From assembly GCA_041690595.1 (NCBI GenBank), contig JAWLHB010000001.1:1-64000 (forward strand): 64,000 bases of DNA, in the 5' to 3' direction. Under the pieces are notes generated by a model, which was not told where the DNA came from, searched no databases, and saw nothing but the letters and a program-made list of their open reading frames with translations. This document shows, one piece after another, positions 59,135-64,000 of this stretch. Both the position numbers and the translations under genes were made by a program. Source of the DNA: Lentisphaeria bacterium. GTDB taxonomy: Bacteria > Verrucomicrobiota > Lentisphaeria > JABSQK01 > JAWLHB01. How positions within the stretch are numbered: position 1 is the first letter of the stretch; each line of letters starts with the position of its first letter.

Positions 59135-61135
59135 ATGGCCAGCCGCGAAGACAAAGAACTTAAGGAATACAGGGAGTTGATGGTACCTCCCGATCATTTC
59201 GAGGAGGGCTTCAACTGGAAGACCATCGTCGGCACGGTCTTTCTCGGCTTCATCATGATGCCCGGCTCCATGTACCTCTCCCTGGTGATCGGCTCGGATA
59301 CGGCGCTGAATACCGCGGCGCGGTGGGTCACCATCATCCTCTTTGCCGAAGTGGCGCGCCGGTCGCTGAAAGATCTGCGCATGCAGGAGATCTACATTCT
59401 CTACTACATGGCCGGTCTGACGATCGCGCAACCGTTCGAGACGTTGCTCTGGCGCCAGTTCCTGGTGCGGTCCGACTTCTCGCAGGCAATGGGCGTAGCG
59501 CAGGACATTCCACTCTGGTTTGCGCCGTCGACGGAGGCACTGCGCGAAGCCGGACGCACCTTCATGACGCGCGCCTGGATGGTGCCGATCCTGCTCTCCA
59601 TCACAACCATGATCATGCACCGGATCGAGAACTTCGGCCTTGGCTATTTCCTTTATCGTATCGTCAACGACGTGGAGGAGTTGCCCTTTCCGATGGCGCC
59701 GGTGGCGGCCTCGGGCATCACGGCACTGGCGCAGACGGAGGATGCGCGCGAGCGATGGCGATGGCGATGCTTCTCGATTGGCGGCATGATCGGGCTGGTC
59801 TTCGGCGCCGTCTACATCGCGGTCCCGGTACTGACGAGCGCGGTGCTGAAGCAGTCGATCCAGATCATCCCGGTACCGTGGGTAGATTTCACGCCGGCGG
59901 CTGGTTCGGTCTTCCCGGCTTTTCCGTTCAACCTGACCTTCGACTTGACGATGATCTTTGTGGGGATGGTCATCCCGTTCTGGGCGGTGGTTGGCGGCTT
60001 TCTCGGGGTGATATTCACGATGTTGCTGAATCCGTATCTGCACAAGATAGGGATATTGAGCAACTGGGAGGCGGGCATGGGTTTCGTCGACACCATGTAC
60101 ATCAACAACGTCGACTTCTACCTCTCGTTCAGCGTGGGACTGACGGTGGCGATAGCGCTGATCAGCGTGGGGCAGGTGCTGAAGCCGGTGTGGCAGGCCA
60201 TGCGTCCGGCGCGGGATCGTGCCTCGGCGGGGCCTCGGCTGCGCGAGCGGATTCAACGGGGCTGGCGCCGGTTCATCACCAATAACGCCGAACGCGGTGA
60301 CTTCTCGCCATGGGTGGGATTGTTCGTCTACCTGGTGATGGCAAGCTGCTGGCTGGCGCTTTCGGTTTACCTCATACCTGGATTTCCATGGTACTTCTTC
60401 GTCTTCTACATCATCGTGTATACGCCCCTGATCTCGTATGCCACCGCCAAACTGGAGGGGCTGGTTGGCCAGGCGCTCAACATTCCCATGGTGCGTGAGG
60501 CTACCTTCATCCTCAGCGGACATCAGGGCATCGACATCTGGTTTGCGCCGGTGCCCTTCCACAACATTGGCCTGGAGGTGGTTGGCTGGCGTATCACGGA
60601 GCTTACCGGCACCAGAGTCATGAGCCGGGTCAAGACCCTGCTGGTGACGCTGCCCGTTGTGGCGATCTCGGCCCTTGTCTATTCGGAGATGCTGTGGCGG
60701 ATAGCGGATGTGCCATCGGATGCCTATCCCTTCACGCAGAAGATGTGGGAGTTGCATGTGAAGAATGCAACGTTGACGTACAGCGCGACGATGGAGGGGG
60801 GCTCGATCTTCATGGAAGCATGGAACTGGGATTTCTTCAGTTCCGGGTTGTTGCTTGGGACGATTGCGTTCAGTGTGCTGTCGATGATGGGGCTACCGAC
60901 TCTGCTGGTTTTCGGGCTGGTGCGGGGCCTGGCGCAGAGTTCGCCGGGAGGTATTGTGCTGGAGATGGTCGGCGCCCTGGTGGGCCGGTTCTATTTCCGC
61001 CGTCGTTTCGGCAACATGTGGATGAAGTACGCGCCGGTGTTGCTGGCTGGTTTTTCCTGCGGCATGGGGCTCATTGCCATGGTGGCGATGGCGCTGACCA
61101 TCATGTCGAAGATGATGAAGCCGTTGATTTTCTAG
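59135..61135 (+). CDS. OPT-superfamily-like polytopic membrane protein
   Basis: Many TM segments; FNWKTIVG start; DVEELPFPMAPV; APVLLAGFSCG near the C-terminus. Confidence 0.7.
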   Translation: MASREDKELKEYRELMVPPDHFEEGFNWKTIVGTVFLGFIMMPGSMYLSLVIGSDTALNTAARWVTIILFAEVARRSLKDLRMQEIYILYYMAGLTIAQPFETLLWRQFLVRSDFSQAMGVAQDIPLWFAPSTEALREAGRTFMTRAWMVPILLSITTMIMHRIENFGLGYFLYRIVNDVEELPFPMAPVAASGITALAQTEDARERWRWRCFSIGGMIGLVFGAVYIAVPVLTSAVLKQSIQIIPVPWVDFTPAAGSVFPAFPFNLTFDLTMIFVGMVIPFWAVVGGFLGVIFTMLLNPYLHKIGILSNWEAGMGFVDTMYINNVDFYLSFSVGLTVAIALISVGQVLKPVWQAMRPARDRASAGPRLRERIQRGWRRFITNNAERGDFSPWVGLFVYLVMASCWLALSVYLIPGFPWYFFVFYIIVYTPLISYATAKLEGLVGQALNIPMVREATFILSGHQGIDIWFAPVPFHNIGLEVVGWRITELTGTRVMSRVKTLLVTLPVVAISALVYSEMLWRIADVPSDAYPFTQKMWELHVKNATLTYSATMEGGSIFMEAWNWDFFSSGLLLGTIAFSVLSMMGLPTLLVFGLVRGLAQSSPGGIVLEMVGALVGRFYFRRRFGNMWMKYAPVLLAGFSCGMGLIAMVAMALTIMSKMMKPLIF

Positions 61136-61144
61136 GGATGTGAC

Positions 61145-63898
61145 ATGACCGGAAATGAACCAGGCGAAGGACGGATCACGGTGCGATCGCTGGTGGCGGG
61201 AACGCTGCTGGCGGGCGTCTTTGCCGTGCTGACGGTCTATTTCGAGAATCGCCGGGACATTGTGGTGACGGCGACGCAGATCGCTGTCCTGCCTTATCTG
61301 CTGCTGATCGGGATCATTCTGGCTATCAATCCCCTTTTGCGGTTGATCCGGGTGATCCGTCCATTCACGACCGTCGAGATCCTGCTGATCTTCATCATGG
61401 GATCGGTGTCGGCAGGCATTCCGACTTTCGGCCTGGCCTCGCAGCTGGTGCCGGCAATCAGCAGTGTGTACAACGAACACTGGAACAGTGAGCAGTCCGA
61501 GTGGAATCGATATGTTGCACCTTACATTGACGATAGCTTTCTGGTGAGCGAAGAGGGTATCTACGAGGCGGCGCAGGCATATCGGGATGCAATGGACGCG
61601 CGCGATCGCGCGCGGCTGGAAGGTGCGCCGGAGGCGACGATCGACGAACTGGATGGGGTCGCCACGGCTGCGCGAGAAGCGTTGCATGAACTGGAGGCGA
61701 TAGCTTTCGAGCGGGTGAAGGAATTCCGTCGGCGGATGCCGGATCACAAGCGGGCGTATCCGGGCATCATTCCGCTGGCGGACGAGTCTTTCAGCATCTA
61801 TCGGGCGCGGCTGAAGCGGCTCTATCATGGTCGCGGGGCTCTGATGGATCTGCGCGGTGTGTGGCAGGAACTCGAGACGGAGGGGGTAGCGGATCCCACT
61901 GGCATGGCGGCGGCGTTGAGTGCGGCCATCGAACAGCTGCGCGAGGTGAGCGCGCTGGAAGAGCAGGAGCTGGAGCGAGAGCGGCTGGACGCGGAGTGGC
62001 AGGAGGCAAATGCACGCAGTATCGAACTGAACGAAAGCTTGGGGACGATGCGTTCCAGGCAGCGGCTGGCGGATATCGACGAAGCCAAGGTGCTGGAGGA
62101 TGAGATCGAGAAGCTGAACGCGGAGCTGCGCAAGGTGGAGCGGGCAAAGCGAGAGGCGACGCAGCGACGGGAGCAGGTGCAGATCCAGATCGGTTTGACG
62201 GAAAAAGTGAGGGAGGTAATCGCGGCGCTGGAGGAGTTGCGGGGCGAACTGCAGGCCGGCACAGTCGAGGCGGAGCCGGCTCGCCGGCGGCTGCAGGCTC
62301 TCATGCAGGAGTTCCGTTACTTCGATGCGTCGCTGGCGCGCTTCCTGGTGGGCGATGTGCCATGGAGCGTCTGGCTGCGGCCGCTGACCAACTGGGGATT
62401 GCTCATCGCGCTGACGTATCTCCTGCTGATGACCTTCAACATCCTGATCTTCCGTCAGTGGGCGTACAATGAGCGGCTGATTTACCCGCTGGCAAAGTTG
62501 CCCGAGATTCTGGCGGGAGCCGAGGACAAGGGGCCTGGCATGGATCACCTGCGCCTTCCGGCGGTCTTCAGGAGTGGCCTGTTCTGGATCGGCTTCTCGA
62601 TCTCGGCGGGCTTTGTCGGCTTCAACCTGCTGGCGCACGCTGGGTGGATCGCCTTGCCACCGCTGCAGATGACGATCAAGTGGCAGCCGTACATCGACGG
62701 GACGGCCTTCGCGCCGCTGCTCCCAGGAGCTAAGCTGGGGATCTTCTTCACCATGATCGGCCTGGCCTTTCTGATCCCGGCGGAGATCTCGTTTTCACTC
62801 TGGTTCTTCTGGCTGCTCTATATGGCGCAGCTGCTGATCGTGGTCTGGACGGGGCATGGGGTGAACGAGAAGTCATTCCCGAGCGACTGGTGGTACACGC
62901 TCAACTTCAGGAATGCGGAGGCGGGTGGGGCGTTGATGGTCTTCAGCGGGGTAGTGCTCTACAAGTGCCGGCACTTCATCTTCTGCGTCTTCGGGAGCCG
63001 CGAAGTGGCGGCGCTGGACGGGCCGGTGCGAAAAGAGCTGCGGATCTCTTCGGGCTTGTTTCTCGGCTCATCCGTCGCGCTGGTGCTGATGCTCTGGCTG
63101 GGGTTGGGGGCGAATCTCTTCTATTCGATCGTGCTTTACCTGTTTGTGCTTATCCTGACCATCGGCCTGGTGCGGGCGGTGACGGAGGGTGGGGTACTGG
63201 GCTTCCAGGCGTGGATCAGCCCGTTCCACTTTGTCCGCTCGCTCTTCGGCTTCGATACCGCGGCCACGGCCCCGGGGCTTTTTGCACCACTGATGGTCTT
63301 CTACTCCATCCTCTTCCTCGACATCAAAACTTTCATTGCGCCCGCCATGGCCAATTCACTGAAGATTCGCGACGATCTGAAGATGAAGCGGCTGCGATTC
63401 CACGTCGGCGTCATACTCGGCATCGGTATGACGGTTGTCATCTCCGTGCTGGTGCATGTGATGATGGGGTATGCCAAGGGGGCGGACGCCATGAGCAACT
63501 GGTTCTATCAGGGCTTCCCGCGCGACATGTACGACAACATCGCGACGATGGCCAAGTCACAACCGGTGGATCAGACCGCCAACAACCTGTGGATCGGCTT
63601 TGGCGCCCTGCTGATGGTGGCGTTACTCTACTTCCGGCAGATACTGTTCTGGCTGCCACACCCGATCGGGCTGATCATGCTGGTCAACCCGATCATGGGA
63701 TTCTACTGGTTCAGTATCTTTGTCGGCTGGCTGGGAAAATTCCTGGTAACTCGCTATGGCAACAAGGGGACCTACCAATCCGTGCGGAACATCTTCATCG
63801 GCCTGATCGTGGGCGAACTGATCATCGTCGCGCTTGCCCTGATTCTCTCGGTGACACTGGAAGTGCGTATCCCCATCGACCTCAATCGGAATCCATGA
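61145..63898 (+). CDS. DUF6785/DUF6784-like polytopic membrane protein with a coiled-coil insertion
   Basis: ITVRSLVAG, QWAYNERLIYPL, WLPHPIG, GWLGKFLVTRYG, FIGLIVGE; about 260-aa charged helical insert. Confidence 0.7.
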   Translation: MTGNEPGEGRITVRSLVAGTLLAGVFAVLTVYFENRRDIVVTATQIAVLPYLLLIGIILAINPLLRLIRVIRPFTTVEILLIFIMGSVSAGIPTFGLASQLVPAISSVYNEHWNSEQSEWNRYVAPYIDDSFLVSEEGIYEAAQAYRDAMDARDRARLEGAPEATIDELDGVATAAREALHELEAIAFERVKEFRRRMPDHKRAYPGIIPLADESFSIYRARLKRLYHGRGALMDLRGVWQELETEGVADPTGMAAALSAAIEQLREVSALEEQELERERLDAEWQEANARSIELNESLGTMRSRQRLADIDEAKVLEDEIEKLNAELRKVERAKREATQRREQVQIQIGLTEKVREVIAALEELRGELQAGTVEAEPARRRLQALMQEFRYFDASLARFLVGDVPWSVWLRPLTNWGLLIALTYLLLMTFNILIFRQWAYNERLIYPLAKLPEILAGAEDKGPGMDHLRLPAVFRSGLFWIGFSISAGFVGFNLLAHAGWIALPPLQMTIKWQPYIDGTAFAPLLPGAKLGIFFTMIGLAFLIPAEISFSLWFFWLLYMAQLLIVVWTGHGVNEKSFPSDWWYTLNFRNAEAGGALMVFSGVVLYKCRHFIFCVFGSREVAALDGPVRKELRISSGLFLGSSVALVLMLWLGLGANLFYSIVLYLFVLILTIGLVRAVTEGGVLGFQAWISPFHFVRSLFGFDTAATAPGLFAPLMVFYSILFLDIKTFIAPAMANSLKIRDDLKMKRLRFHVGVILGIGMTVVISVLVHVMMGYAKGADAMSNWFYQGFPRDMYDNIATMAKSQPVDQTANNLWIGFGALLMVALLYFRQILFWLPHPIGLIMLVNPIMGFYWFSIFVGWLGKFLVTRYGNKGTYQSVRNIFIGLIVGELIIVALALILSVTLEVRIPIDLNRNP

Positions 63899-63899
63899 C

Positions 63900-64000
63900 A
63901 TGGCAGAGTTGATACCGAAGCATTTAGCGCAGATTCCGGAGCCGGAACCGATTCCGTGGCGGATTGCGCTGCAGGTGAGCTGGTCGTCTCTGCGGCGGCG
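63900..64000 (+). CDS. N-terminus of a probable ABC permease (truncated by the window edge)
   Basis: ATG 1 bp after the previous stop; MAELIPKHLAQIPEPEPIPWRIALQVSWSSLRRR resembles the MacB/FtsX N-terminal amphipathic helix. Confidence 0.55.
   Translation, partial: MAELIPKHLAQIPEPEPIPWRIALQVSWSSLRR

Noticed and set aside
58292..62638. 821-aa and 581-aa minus-strand ORFs
   Set aside because: Antisense to coupled membrane-protein genes; R/H/Q-rich composition typical of shadow frames

Overview
GC-rich bacterial chromosome segment. The gene content (prepilin/H-X9-DG-type protein, prenyltransferase-repeat protein, TPR-ExbBD cluster, MglAB) points to the PVC superphylum, possibly Lentisphaerota; this is an inference. 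1-19.7 kb is an accessory block ending at tRNA-Ala(GGC). It holds a LacI-led, co-oriented carbohydrate locus (prepilin-like protein, beta-helix protein, GH42-like, GH71/99-like, Gfo/Idh/MocA and two unassigned GH-like proteins), then REP-like hairpins, an ABC-ATPase + TOPRIM-like pair (putative defence) and a C45 Ntn-hydrolase. 20-47 kb is mostly housekeeping (fxsA, mutS2, gltX, glnS, pyrE, pyrB, LOG, suhB). It also carries mglA-mglB divergent from an acidic HhH-roadblock protein, a TonB-anchor-like alpha/alpha-barrel protein and a TPR-TPR-ExbB-ExbD-ExbD operon. 47-52.8 kb is a PilGHI-like ABC module. 53-64 kb is the best candidate for an uncharacterised system: LolD-type ATPase, stand-alone PqqD/RRE protein, a ~1645-aa degenerate M28-peptidase/FtsX fusion, two OPT-like membrane proteins and a further permease that runs off the window. 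No CRISPR array, rRNA, integrase or transposase was seen. All family calls come from motif recognition by eye, not database searches.
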